IMG/VR virus record: IMGVR_UViG_3300037067_012088
Span: 127,388-191,387 of that record
Strand: one strand, 5' to 3'
From: a virus
Lineage: Duplodnaviria > Caudoviricetes
DNA: 64,000 bases
The notes under the pieces are model-generated. The model had not been told where the DNA came from and did not search any database. It was given only the letters and a program-made list of their open reading frames with translations. Shown in pieces: positions 32,368-41,118 of this stretch. The position numbers and the translations under genes were made by a program. The stretch's first letter is position 1. Each line of letters begins with the position of its first letter.

Positions 32368-32763
32368 TCATGCGCGTCCCTCCATCTTGACTATCTTGAT
32401 CTCGCGTCCCGAATCCAGCTTGATGGTCCCGCCGGTCGTGTAAGCTCTCTCGCTCTCCTGCCAGAAGCGCAGATAGTGGGCCGCCTCCTGCTCGATATCG
32501 ATGGTCTCCCCCTTGAGGCGCGCGCGAAGGGCCTTGTATATCACCGCGCTTCGATCATCTGCATGGAATAGGTGTCGGTCAGAGAACCAAATCGATAGGG
32601 GTGACGATTCGTCCCAGAGACCGAACCCATTCCGCATAGCAGTTCCCGGCCCATGATGGTATGCGACATCAGAGTTGGCAAGGAAACACGCCTTATCCTC
32701 CTCCGTCATGCGCGCGAGAAGGTGGTCAACGGCCTCGTCGAGGGTGGTGGGGATCATGTTCAA
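32368..32763 (-). CDS. hypothetical protein (DUF6794-like)
   Basis: P.TLDEA, HHG.G..MRN..GLW and HADD.S motifs. Confidence 0.55.
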   Translation of the reverse strand: MNMIPTTLDEAVDHLLARMTEEDKACFLANSDVAYHHGPGTAMRNGFGLWDESSPLSIWFSDRHLFHADDRSAVIYKALRARLKGETIDIEQEAAHYLRFWQESERAYTTGGTIKLDSGREIKIVKMEGRA

Positions 32764-33077
32764 ATCTCGCTCACCGCCAAAACTCCCTCGCCGGCTTCCT
32801 TAGCCCACTTGGCGAACGTCATGGTCTTGGACTCGTCTTCCTTCTCACCAGTATACTCGGCCAGACTCGTGATCGTGAACTTCTTAACCGGGTCACAAAG
32901 GGTAATCGTCGTCTCGGGACAGTCCTTCATATACTGCGCCCGGGTCAACTTGGGATAGGTCTGGTCGGCCAGAAAGAGATTGAAAGCGACACGTTCGGAC
33001 TTGGCGACGTAGTAGTAGCTGTCGGCATTCTCGATATGGTAGACGTGGAGAGGGGTCTTGGGCTTTGGCATAGAGGG

Positions 33078-33106
33078 AATCTAGTGGACTTAGGTGGCCG
33101 TGTCAA
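33078..33106 (-). promoter_or_regulatory. class I promoter TTGACA-N8-TAAG-N5-TAGATT
   Basis: Recurrent motif; ATG 6 nt downstream. Confidence 0.7.
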
Positions 33107-33589
33107 TCACGAAATGACGGTTTCGTCACAATCTCGATGGCCCGGTCTACAGTCTCCACCAACACCTCGTTCTCCGCCAAGATGGGTCGCGCCACCCAGC
33201 GGATGTCTTGGGTGTCAGAGCGGAACTCGTTGACGTTCTCCCATTGTGCCGCGCGCCACATGGGGGCCCCGCCAACCAGCACATAGACCTCGGTATCGTA
33301 GGTGGCGGAGAAACGGTAGTCGCCCAGCTTGGGAGTGAGGGTGCCGTTCATCAGAACTCGGCCTCCAATCCGCGCCGCTCAAGCTCCTCGTTAGCGAAAA
33401 TGGTCAGGTGCTCGATGATGTGTTGGGCATCCTTGTATTCGGGGTGGTGCTCCGGGACGGTTCCACACACCTTGAGGTCATGCCTTACCGCGTAGCATAG
33501 TTGCTCGGTTGTCCAGCCCTCGAACGTCGCGAATAGTGCTGGAACCTCAGTGGGACAGCCAAGCAACATCGATAGGGTCACGTTACCGC

Positions 33590-33796
33590 TCATCTATCTA
33601 CCCTCTCCACCCGCTCCAGTTCCCCCGTATCCAAACGATAGTATCGCGCCTCCACCTTACGGCTCCCCACATAGGTGTAGACATAGATGGTGTGGGTCCG
33701 GGTGCGCACGATATCGAGGTAACTGTCAGGCGAGCGGGTTTGGCAGCCGGCTAGCATAACGCAAAGGAGAGCGATAAGGGGGATGACGAATCTCAT
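33590..33796 (-). CDS. small lipoprotein
   Basis: Signal peptide with lipobox LAGC. Confidence 0.6.
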   Translation of the reverse strand: MRFVIPLIALLCVMLAGCQTRSPDSYLDIVRTRTHTIYVYTYVGSRKVEARYYRLDTGELERVERVDR

Positions 33797-34192
33797 GCGG
33801 TTTCCTTCAGCACGACGCGCAGGAACTCGTTCTCCTCGATAATCGCCTTGCGGTAACCCTCGTTCTCGGACATGTCGGCGACTGGCAAGCCAAGGGTCTT
33901 GGCGGCACCGGGGGTCTGCGCGAGATAGGTTTCGTTGTGGGCGAGACGCTGCTTCAGCATGCGGATAAGGAGGGGTGCTTTGATCATGAGAGGGGACTTT
34001 TGGCGTGACGCATATGTTGCCCGTTAGGACAGATGCAGTAATTGAGGCGACCCGCTCTGATGCCTGCGGGCGAGATGGCTGTCAGACGGGTATCGATAAT
34101 CCCGGTATTCCCACATAGGGTGCAAAGACCCAGTCCGCCGGCCGGATAGTAGGCGAACCAATAGTCGGTAACCTTAGCGCACTTGGGCTTAG

Positions 34193-34732
34193 TCATCGGG
34201 ATGTCTCCCCAGTTTCCTTGACTTTAGCTTCCTCTATTACCTGAGCAAGAGTGCGCTTGTCTTGGACTGCGCCGATAGCAAAGAGTAGTTCTCTCACCGT
34301 CTCCCACTCCTCATTGCGGTAACCTGACTCCACGTAGATGCGGGGTTCGCGCAGGTTATGGCCATTAATCTCAATGTAGCGCTTGGCCCCGGCTTCGGTG
34401 AAAAATGGCTGCACGAATCGGTAAACGTCCCGATAGTAGACCTTGGTATAGTCGTCAAGGATGATGCCGGTAGGATGATTGCCCGTGTCGTGATTCCACT
34501 CGTCCGCCGCATCAAGTTCCTTAGCCTTCTCTTCGTCTACCTCATTCCAGTCGTCGTCTACCCAGTAGTAGGGGTCGTCGGCATCCGGGTCTCCGGGGAA
34601 CTGGCGCTCCTTCTGCTGGACCACGAACATAGGTAAATGGGTCATTCTACCGTCCTGTGTCGCCAGATTGGCCGCGATGGTGAAGATATCGTTCATGATT
34701 GGTCTCCCTTGGCTAGCGACCAACCGGCCCAA
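34193..34732 (-). CDS. hypothetical phage protein
   Basis: TQD.R.T..P.FVVQ and FTE.GA..YI..NGHNL..PRIYV.S.YRN.E motifs. Confidence 0.65.
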   Translation of the reverse strand: MGRLVASQGRPIMNDIFTIAANLATQDGRMTHLPMFVVQQKERQFPGDPDADDPYYWVDDDWNEVDEEKAKELDAADEWNHDTGNHPTGIILDDYTKVYYRDVYRFVQPFFTEAGAKRYIEINGHNLREPRIYVESGYRNEEWETVRELLFAIGAVQDKRTLAQVIEEAKVKETGETSR

Positions 34733-35326
34733 AAGCCTCCAACATGGGCGAAAGCCGCTCGGTTCTTGAGGGTGGCACGGAGAGCCTTGTAGGACATCTT
34801 GATTTGGCCGTGCTCGTCGGGTTCAGGGATGCTGTGACTCGCCAACTCGTTCCACGCGCGGTCGTGCATCTCGTGAATCTGCGCGATTTGGGAGTCGATA
34901 TAGCGGGAAGATAGCTTGCGCGGCTTCATTTGGCGCGCTTCTCCAGTCTCATGTCAACATAGCCGCCGTCACAGTAGCAGTATTCACCCTCTGGGTGTCC
35001 AGAGCATCCGCTACTGTAGTCACCGTTAACGACCACCTTGCTCAAGTCCGTCCATCCTTCATCCGCGACCTGATTGAGGAGGTCTTGGAGGGTTTGGCCG
35101 CAGGTTAGATAGACAGCTCGTTTCATACCACCCTCCAATCCTCAACCACTCGCGTCTTCCCGGTAAGGGACCGTTGGTAAATGGCGTAAACATCCCAATG
35201 GGTGTAACCGAACCAGTCGCACTCGATGGTCTTCTCGTGGCGCAGGAAGTCGGCGGACTCAGTCTTCCAGATCTCGCGAGGCGGGAAGAGGAGGGTGCGA
35301 AGGCGGGTGAGCAGGTTCATGAGGTG

Positions 35327-35355
35327 AATATGGAAGGCTTGATGCTGGAGGTCAA
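35327..35355 (-). promoter_or_regulatory. class I promoter TTGACC-N8-CAAG-N5-CATATT
   Basis: Recurrent motif; ATG 6 nt downstream. Confidence 0.7.
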
Positions 35356-37466
35356 GCCGGAATCAGCGTCTTGAGGTTGTCGAGCGTATAGAACGTGCCC
35401 GTCAGCTTCTCTGGCCGGTCAAGGCCGATATAGGTCACGTCACGCGCAGGGGCCTTGTCAACCGAGTAGGTCTTCTTGGCCTTCTTGCGGTATAGGTCGG
35501 TCAACCGACCCATGGTCAGATACTGGCGAGCAATCATCGTCTGCGCGAGGAGAGCAGTCGAGAAACGATTCTGCTCAACCCGGTTACCCCACGGCATACC
35601 CTTGGAGTAGATATCGAGCCACTTAGCTTGCCAGCCATTCTCGCCCTTCATGAACACCATGGGAACACCCACACCATTCTTGTCGCCGCGCAGGGCAAAC
35701 TTGGTCTGGACACTCTTGGCCTCGAAAGGCGCGCCCCTGTTGGATTCCTTGCGCATCATGAAGCCCATAAAGGCCTCCTTACAGGTCGCGAACGGTTCAC
35801 CCGAGTATGCGTTGATGGTCGGGAGCAAATAGACGATGTCAGAGGATAACTGGTTGAGCCGCACATCGATGAACTCGGTCGCGCCGTTGGTCGCGTCCGT
35901 GATATCACCCGAGTGGGTAATAGCACCCGTGCGGAGATGGGTGAATGAAACCTGACCTTTGAACTCAAAGTCCTCATCGAACATGGCGACGGACAGGTCG
36001 TAATCAGTCCGCTCACTGGTCTGATGCCAGTAGATGAAGAACCGCAGAATGTCTTGGGTGTTGTCGAGGGGCAGCACCGATCCGCGAGGAAGCACACGAA
36101 AGCCCTCGCTCTTGGTCTTGTCGGAGAGCGGCACAGCGACTGTTGAGATATCGTCATTGATGACCAGAGTCTCGACGGCGGGAACTCGCTTCTCGATCTC
36201 CTTCCAGATGACGTTCGACAGCGTCTTGATGCGCTTAGGAGACAGGGTATCGACCTTGTTCTCGGTCACATAGCCCTTGCCGGCGCGGTTCACGAAGATG
36301 CGTGAGGCGGGCTTACTGGCGCGATTGTCGAGGTGCTCAGCGAGACTCAGGAGCACACGGCCAGACACGCGACCAACCGTGTCCTTGAGACCAGCGGTGA
36401 CCTTGGTGAACTGAATATCGGTGGCATCCCGGGCCAGCTTGTCGATAGAGCGGACGAAGTAGCCCGGCTTGTCGACGAGGAGATTGACCGCCTTGGTGAC
36501 GCGACCGTTGGACACGGCATCATGGACCTTGGAACCCCACGTGATGTGGTCGGAATTACCGCCCGCGAAATCGAACAGTGCGATGGCCCCTGCAAACTTG
36601 AACTCGCGCGGATGGAGGGATCGAGCCAGCCGCTTGAATCGCTCGCGGTAACGATTGATATCGTCTACCTTATCGGCGACGCCGTTCAGCGCGGCGAGGA
36701 GTTGGCGGCGGATAGGGCGAGAGAAACTCTTGAACTTGGTGTTTTCGAGGAGGGTCACATCACCACCAGACAGGTAGGCAGCAAGACGGAGCACATCAAC
36801 AGGGGTATCCACATCGAGAGGTTGGCCACCCTTCGTGAGACGCAGGGCGTTGATAATAGCCTTGTTCTCTCGGACGGCAATCTTGATATCGGTCACTTCG
36901 TAATCGATATACAGGGCGGCGATGAGCTTTCGGTCATCCTCGTTAAGAGGTATCTTGGAGCCAGCTAGGTCAACGTAAAGCGCCTCAAGCTCCTGACGGA
37001 GTGAGCCACCAAGATTGAGCACCTTCAGCTTGGTCTTGCCGCGCCACGTATCATGGCCCGCGAGCATGTCCTCGTAGATATGCTGGTAGGTCCCGTAGGT
37101 GGCGAAATCGAGCAGGTTGGTAGTTAACTCACCCGTCTCCTCAAAATGCTGCGCGAGAAGGCCACCCCAGAACTCAAGCGTGTCGGGCACATTCTTGGGG
37201 AAGTCCTTGAAGTAGGTATTGTGCTTGACGTGTGCGCCGACCAGTCCCTTGACGGCGGTCAAGATGACGTTGGACACTTCGATGGCTGATTCGAAGGAGG
37301 CACCACCGATGGCCTTGAGTAGCTTACTCGACAGCTTGAAGCCGTTGTCCATCAGGACTGAATCAAGTTGGCGCGCGATAACACGGGAGTCACCCGCGCC
37401 GGCCGGGACCGGAACGACGAGGCGCTTCTGAATGAGCTTGATGACGAGGTGGGTTTGGGTGTTCAT
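35352..37466 (-). CDS. large helical protein with C-terminal TerD domain (possible Ro60/TROVE-like RNA-binding protein)
   Basis: C-terminal TDYDLS..., HSGDITDA.NGATEFIDV and N.YSG..F TerD motifs; about 450-aa alpha-helical N-terminal region with PG.F.R.ID.L.R. Confidence 0.75.
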   Translation of the reverse strand: MNTQTHLVIKLIQKRLVVPVPAGAGDSRVIARQLDSVLMDNGFKLSSKLLKAIGGASFESAIEVSNVILTAVKGLVGAHVKHNTYFKDFPKNVPDTLEFWGGLLAQHFEETGELTTNLLDFATYGTYQHIYEDMLAGHDTWRGKTKLKVLNLGGSLRQELEALYVDLAGSKIPLNEDDRKLIAALYIDYEVTDIKIAVRENKAIINALRLTKGGQPLDVDTPVDVLRLAAYLSGGDVTLLENTKFKSFSRPIRRQLLAALNGVADKVDDINRYRERFKRLARSLHPREFKFAGAIALFDFAGGNSDHITWGSKVHDAVSNGRVTKAVNLLVDKPGYFVRSIDKLARDATDIQFTKVTAGLKDTVGRVSGRVLLSLAEHLDNRASKPASRIFVNRAGKGYVTENKVDTLSPKRIKTLSNVIWKEIEKRVPAVETLVINDDISTVAVPLSDKTKSEGFRVLPRGSVLPLDNTQDILRFFIYWHQTSERTDYDLSVAMFDEDFEFKGQVSFTHLRTGAITHSGDITDATNGATEFIDVRLNQLSSDIVYLLPTINAYSGEPFATCKEAFMGFMMRKESNRGAPFEAKSVQTKFALRGDKNGVGVPMVFMKGENGWQAKWLDIYSKGMPWGNRVEQNRFSTALLAQTMIARQYLTMGRLTDLYRKKAKKTYSVDKAPARDVTYIGLDRPEKLTGTFYTLDNLKTLIPA

Positions 37467-37474
37467 AGATTAAG

Positions 37475-37534
37475 TCGCGGGAGGCACCGATTCTAGGGTT
37501 GCAAAGATAGAAGGAAGAATCGATATGGCCGCGA
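37475..37534 (-). ncRNA. structured repeat RNA, unit 3 (gene-proximal)
   Basis: Closing stem UCGCGG/CCGCGA, inner stem CGAUUC/GAAUCG, CUUCCUUCUA core. Confidence 0.7.
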
Positions 37535-37551
37535 AAGGGTTTGGAAAGGGG

Positions 37552-37626
37552 TCTCCGGTAGGCGCGCAACCTAATATGCAATCCGCCGAAGCGGGTTTAG
37601 AAGGAAGGTCGAGCATGAGCCGGAGA
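37552..37626 (-). ncRNA. structured repeat RNA, unit 2
   Basis: Closing stem UCUCCGG/CCGGAGA, CUUCCUUCUA core, extra UUCG hairpin. Confidence 0.7.
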
Positions 37627-37631
37627 TTATC

Positions 37632-37698
37632 GTGACGGAAGGCGAGATAGCTAGGTTCAGGTAAAGAGTAGAAGGAAGCGGTATCTCATGGCCGTCAC
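37632..37698 (-). ncRNA. structured repeat RNA, unit 1
   Basis: Closing stem GUGACGG/CCGUCAC, inner stem GAGAUA/UAUCUC, CUUCCUUCUA core. Confidence 0.7.
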
Positions 37699-37789
37699 AA
37701 AGTGGAGACTCGTGCGCCGGAGCTTTCCCGGCGCGGAGTAACGAGTCGCAAGAGGATGAAAAGAACAGTGACCTTAATCACTGGAATCG

Positions 37790-37818
37790 ATTGTGCGGGA
37801 CTTGGGGCGACAAGTCAA
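37790..37818 (-). promoter_or_regulatory. class I promoter TTGACT-N8-CAAG-N5-CACAAT, followed by boxA-like GTTCTTT
   Basis: Recurrent motif; positioned to drive the repeat RNAs and the TerD gene. Confidence 0.7.
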
Positions 37819-37839
37819 CACTAAATCGCAAGCGATTTC

Positions 37840-38472
37840 TCAGTTCACGAAATGAAGCTGGCTCGGATGCCTGACATCATTGGCCGTGAGCACTACCTTG
37901 GTGGGCTTGGGCTTCTTGAGCTTGATGTCCCACCCCATCTCGGCAAAGGTGCGCGTTCCCTGAAGTCGATTGAGATCAAGTCTTAACGGAGCGATATTGT
38001 CCCAGTTGCGCCGCCCGCCGTGATGGCGCGCTACGTTATGCCCCATGTCCAACTCCTCGGGCGAAAGACGCTGCTTGGTCGCCTGACAGGTATAGTCGTA
38101 GAGCTTCTTGACGTTGTCGGACGAGAAACGCGGCACCTTGGATGGGATGTCAGCATAAGACGAGGCCACGATGATGGTGGGCAACCGAATCTCGCCGCGC
38201 CCCGTGGTGATGCCCCAGTCGCAGGACCTGACCGGGAGCGTAATCCAAGTGTCGATATCGACCGGGCGCGCGCTAATCAGGACATCGAGATTGTAGGTGC
38301 CGTCTGCATTCTGCTCGAAATCGAGATCGAGCGGCAGGAAGGGCGGCTTACCGGTCTCGGGATTGGCGGAGAAAATATCCTCAAGCGATTTCTTTGGACT
38401 GCGCACATCATAAGCGAACCAGTTCTTGTTAAGAGCCAATACGGTAACGGATTTGTTGAGGATATCAGACAT
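37840..38472 (-). CDS. HNH endonuclease-like protein at the 3' end of the tRNA array
   Basis: VLALNKNW N-terminus; LP.II; LDMGH..ARHHGG..NWDN.......N..QG (degenerate HNH). Confidence 0.7.
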   Translation of the reverse strand: MSDILNKSVTVLALNKNWFAYDVRSPKKSLEDIFSANPETGKPPFLPLDLDFEQNADGTYNLDVLISARPVDIDTWITLPVRSCDWGITTGRGEIRLPTIIVASSYADIPSKVPRFSSDNVKKLYDYTCQATKQRLSPEELDMGHNVARHHGGRRNWDNIAPLRLDLNRLQGTRTFAEMGWDIKLKKPKPTKVVLTANDVRHPSQLHFVN

Positions 38473-38546
38473 GGGAAAGGGAGGTTGAGAACATAACGAG
38501 TTGGGCAAGCCCAGTGGGGGACCTATGCTAGGGTCAAGGGGGAAAA

Positions 38547-38640
38547 TGGACGAGAGAGCGAGATTTGAACTCGCGAACCGGGATGAACCGATTTCTTGCT
38601 TAGCATGCAAGCGCTTTAGGCCAGACTCAGCCATCTCTCG
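38547..38640 (-). tRNA. tRNA-Ser(GCU)
   Basis: Cloverleaf; CUUGC-AU GCU AA-GCAAG; long variable arm; CCA. Confidence 0.85.
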
Positions 38641-38730
38641 GGCGGATAGCAGAGGGCACGATCCCCAGCCGATTTAACGACCCCTTGTTTTCAAGACAAG
38701 TCCCCGCCCATCGCAGGTGCTTTACTATCC
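38641..38730 (-). tRNA. tRNA-Ser(UGA)
   Basis: CUUGU-CU UGA AA-ACAAG; long variable arm. Confidence 0.8.
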
Positions 38731-38734
38731 AAAG

Positions 38735-38814
38735 TGGTGCGAACGAGAGGGGATGATCCTCCATGTGTCCAATTACCCTTTCGCCGGTTTAGGAAACCGA
38801 GGGGATACGTCCGC
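38735..38814 (-). tRNA. non-canonical tRNA-Arg(CCU) with no D-arm before the anticodon arm
   Basis: 7-bp acceptor + ACCA; UCGGU-UU CCU AA-ACCGG; AUCCC/GGGU helix encloses the anticodon arm. Confidence 0.65.
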
Positions 38815-38815
38815 G

Positions 38816-38891
38816 TGGTAGGAGTGGCCGGGTTCTCGCCGACCCTAAGGCGTCCGAAGCGCCCTGTGCGAATACAATACACTACACTCCC
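38816..38891 (-). tRNA. tRNA-Arg(UCG)
   Basis: GGGCG-CU UCG GA-CGCCU; CCA. Confidence 0.8.
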
Positions 38892-38897
38892 ATAAAG

Positions 38898-38971
38898 CAC
38901 CCGTCCTCAGGTTCGAACTGAGACTAATGAGAGGTAGAAGCTCTCGTGACTTTCCAATTGCCGAGACGGGT
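38898..38971 (-). tRNA. tRNA-Arg(UCU)
   Basis: GAGAG-CU UCU AC-CUCUC; canonical T-loop; no CCA. Confidence 0.85.
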
Positions 38972-38975
38972 AAAG

Positions 38976-39051
38976 TGGCGCATGTGGAGGAAGTCGAATC
39001 CTCAACCTCTCGATTCGTAATCGAGCGCTCATCCAGTTGAGCTTCACACGC
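38976..39051 (-). tRNA. tRNA-Arg(ACG)
   Basis: CUCGA-UU ACG AA-UCGAG; CCA. Confidence 0.9.
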
Positions 39052-39055
39052 AAAT

Positions 39056-39130
39056 TGGGGTAAGTAGCGAATTCTGCCATCGCGTTCTGCGCGCCACAAG
39101 CGCATGTCTTCCTTCTAGACGATACCTACC
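39056..39130 (-). tRNA. tRNA-His(GUG)
   Basis: G-1:C73; UGCGC-UU GUG GC-GCGCA; CCA. Confidence 0.85.
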
Positions 39131-39138
39131 ATGAAATG

Positions 39139-39221
39139 AGCAGTAAGAGGGACTCGCACCCCCGATGAGCTTTCGCTGCGTGCTTACAAAACACGTCCTG
39201 TCGCTTCTGAGGCATTACTGC
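39139..39221 (-). tRNA. tRNA-Thr(UGU) with long variable arm
   Basis: CGUGU-UU UGU AA-GCACG; extra arm AGC-GAAA-GCU. Confidence 0.75.
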
Positions 39222-39229
39222 ATGAAATG

Positions 39230-39298
39230 AGCCAACTGCCGGTGCGGCCCCGGCTTCCTACTCATTACGGGTGAGTGGGGATTGCTGAATCAGTTGGC
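39230..39298 (-). tRNA. tRNA-Thr(CGU) with truncated D-arm
   Basis: ACUCA-CC CGU AA-UGAGU. Confidence 0.7.
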
Positions 39299-39299
39299 A

Positions 39300-39390
39300 T
39301 GGTCGTCCCGCTCGGTGCTGCCCCGAGTCACGGCCCAAATCTAGGACACAAGGAGGTATAAGCTCCTCAGGGAGGCTGCTCCACGAGACG
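39300..39390 (-). tRNA. non-canonical tRNA-Ile(UAU)
   Basis: GAGGAG-CU UAU AC-CUCCUU; mini D hairpin; long extra arm; ACCA. Confidence 0.65.
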
Positions 39391-39396
39391 ACAAAA

Positions 39397-39487
39397 TGGT
39401 GCAAGAGGTGGGCCACGATCCCACACGGGGCTTTCGCCACCCAACGATTTTGAATCGTCGCTGTATGCCAATTCCAAGCACTCTTGC
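39397..39487 (-). tRNA. tRNA-Leu(CAA)
   Basis: GACGA-UU CAA AA-UCGUU; long variable arm; CCA. Confidence 0.85.
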
Positions 39488-39493
39488 GTAAAA

Positions 39494-39578
39494 TCGACGC
39501 GGTGGGGTATGCTCCCACAATCCCTCTCGGGCCAACAGGTTTAAGCTGCTGCTGTATTCTGGTTCCAAGCACGCGTCG
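39494..39578 (-). tRNA. tRNA-Leu(UAA)
   Basis: AGCAG-CU UAA AC-CUGUU; long variable arm. Confidence 0.8.
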
Positions 39579-39583
39579 GAAAT

Positions 39584-39658
39584 TGGCGGCCCCACGGAGA
39601 GTTTCGCTCGCGATGTCCAACTTGAGAGGTTGGCAGACTAATCTTATCTGATGGGGCC
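39584..39658 (-). tRNA. tRNA-Glu(CUC)
   Basis: CCAAC-CU CUC AA-GUUGG; irregular T-stem; CCA. Confidence 0.75.
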
Positions 39659-39660
39659 AT

Positions 39661-39744
39661 TGCGTTCGGTGGGCAACGATCCCACATGAGCTTTCGCCCC
39701 TTGGTTTCTAAGACCAAGCTGTAAGCCAATTCCAGCACGAACGC
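39661..39744 (-). tRNA. tRNA-Leu(UAG)
   Basis: UUGGU-CU UAG AA-ACCAA; long variable arm. Confidence 0.85.
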
Positions 39745-39750
39745 GTAAAA

Positions 39751-39833
39751 TGGTGGGAGCGGCGAGCCACGACCTCGCAATCCTTGCGGCGGCAGACTCT
39801 CGATCTGCTGGGTATACATTCCCCCACGCTCCC
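39751..39833 (-). tRNA. tRNA-Leu(GAG)
   Basis: GCAGA-UC GAG AG-UCUGC (C33); CCA. Confidence 0.8.
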
Positions 39834-39835
39834 CT

Positions 39836-39908
39836 AGCCTGAGACGGGGCTCGAACCCGTTACCCTCCCCTTACCAAGGGGTAATTCAACCACATGAACT
39901 TCACAGGC
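39836..39908 (-). tRNA. tRNA-Thr(GGU)
   Basis: CCCC-UU GGU AA-GGGG; canonical T-loop. Confidence 0.8.
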
Positions 39909-39912
39909 AAAA

Positions 39913-39985
39913 TGGAAGTAGATCCCGGTGCTGCCCCGGGCTAGTGGTCCTTATGAGAGACTACTGATCGGCTGGATCATCTACC
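39913..39985 (-). tRNA. tRNA-Met/Ile2(CAU) with short D-arm
   Basis: GUCU-CU CAU AA-GGAC; CCA. Confidence 0.7.
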
Positions 39986-39986
39986 G

Positions 39987-40061
39987 TGGTGGTCCCGTAG
40001 GAAATCGCATCCTCCTCATCCGATTAAGAGTCGGAGTCCTCGCTATCTAGGAGTCGAGACC
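39987..40061 (-). tRNA. tRNA-Lys(CUU)
   Basis: UCCGA-CU CUU AA-UCGGA; CCA. Confidence 0.8.
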
Positions 40062-40068
40062 ATAAAAT

Positions 40069-40140
40069 CTGCCCCACCCCGATTTGCACGAGGACCTAAC
40101 ACTTTCAGAGAGTGTCGGACTGCTATTATCCCATGAGGCA
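40069..40140 (-). tRNA. tRNA-Gln(CUG)
   Basis: ACACU-CU CUG AA-AGUGU; U1-A72. Confidence 0.8.
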
Positions 40141-40149
40141 TCAACAAAG

Positions 40150-40234
40150 CCGGGGCGACACGGTTCGAACGTGCAAAGTCTTGCGACCGGTAGGGTCAAA
40201 GCCTACTGCGTTTATCCAGTTCCGCCACACCCCA
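40150..40234 (-). tRNA. tRNA-Gln(UUG) with long variable arm
   Basis: GUAGG-CU UUG AC-CCUAC; extra arm GGUC-GCAA-GACU; Leu/Ser-like D-arm. Confidence 0.8.
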
Positions 40235-40242
40235 AAAATCGC

Positions 40243-40890
40243 TCAACACGGCACCGGCGTCCATCCCTCAAACACGACCCGCACCACGCCGCCCGGTGAA
40301 CTCGCGGGTCTCTGCACATTGCAGATGGGTGAATCATTGGCATACTCAGGATGGGTTCCTACGCACTCGGGGGGCGAAACTGACGCCGTGCAGTTGTCGC
40401 ATCCATATGGATAGACGCCGACCAAATCCGTGTTCTCATATCGCGTGCTGTTGCGTATCTTCTTCACCGCAATCACGCCGCCGTTTGCGGTCCAGTCGTC
40501 CGAACTCAAATCAAACCCGAGATAAGCATTCGCACCGCAAACGCAGCTGATGTCTACCGTCTCCTGTCCGCCTGATTGGAATCCGTTGTTGAGGATAAAC
40601 TCGGCCAGCGCGACGCCCTCGGGCCAATCGGGACACGGGCAATTCAGAGGAGGAGTGCCAAAGGAGAGGTTACCGTTGAAGCCCAGTCCCGCAGGAGCGT
40701 CAATCGAGACCGTCGTGGTCGCCGGTAAAGTGAAGTTGCCCATGAGCGGGTAGAGCTTGTTGATGACGATGCCGTCACTGACTGTGATATCGGATACGTC
40801 TTGCACGCAACCGGGCGTGGCGCCAAGAGTGATGTAAGCGAGAACGGGGGAAGCGGAGTTGTTGCGGAGAGCGAGTTTGGTGGTAGGCAT
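40243..40890 (-). CDS. thaumatin-like (PR-5 fold) Cys-rich protein
   Basis: GVALAEFILNN....ETVDISCVCGAN resembles the thaumatin TLAEFTL...YDVSLVDG.N signature; about 10 Cys. Confidence 0.6.
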   Translation of the reverse strand: MPTTKLALRNNSASPVLAYITLGATPGCVQDVSDITVSDGIVINKLYPLMGNFTLPATTTVSIDAPAGLGFNGNLSFGTPPLNCPCPDWPEGVALAEFILNNGFQSGGQETVDISCVCGANAYLGFDLSSDDWTANGGVIAVKKIRNSTRYENTDLVGVYPYGCDNCTASVSPPECVGTHPEYANDSPICNVQRPASSPGGVVRVVFEGWTPVPC

Positions 40891-40895
40891 AGTAG

Positions 40896-40906
40896 AGGAT
40901 ACACCG
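40896..40906 (-). promoter_or_regulatory. class II promoter-like motif CGGTGTATCCT
   Basis: 5 nt upstream of the ATG; shared GGTGTAT core. Confidence 0.45.
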
Positions 40907-40957
40907 GGAAGAAGCCCCCTTCCTCTCTGTAACACAAATCGTTGACACTCAACAAAA

Positions 40958-41033
40958 TGGCTGCCGCCCACAGGATCGAACTGTGCTCATCGGATTAACA
41001 GTCCGACCGGGTCTCCCTGACTCGCTGACGGCA
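40958..41033 (-). tRNA. tRNA-Asn(GUU)
   Basis: UCGGA-CU GUU AA-UCCGA; CCA. Confidence 0.85.
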
Positions 41034-41039
41034 ATAAAG

Positions 41040-41117
41040 TGGTGGAAAAGGCTGGCTTCGATCCAGCGACCTTCGTGGTGTAGGCACGTTGCTCTAACCT
41101 GACTGAGCTACTTTTCC
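41040..41117 (-). tRNA. tRNA-Val(UAC)
   Basis: CGUG-CC UAC AC-CACG; CCA. Confidence 0.85.
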
Positions 41118-41118
41118 A

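Noticed and set aside
37475-37698. TAGAAGGAAG repeats as a CRISPR array
   Set aside because: Only about 10 nt are identical, spacing is irregular, the units are closed by covarying stems, and there is no cas operon
38547-38640. Amber suppressor reading (CUA) of the first tRNA, implying a recoded genome
   Set aside because: The 7-nt loop register gives GCU (Ser), and conserved genes are not interrupted by TAG or TGA
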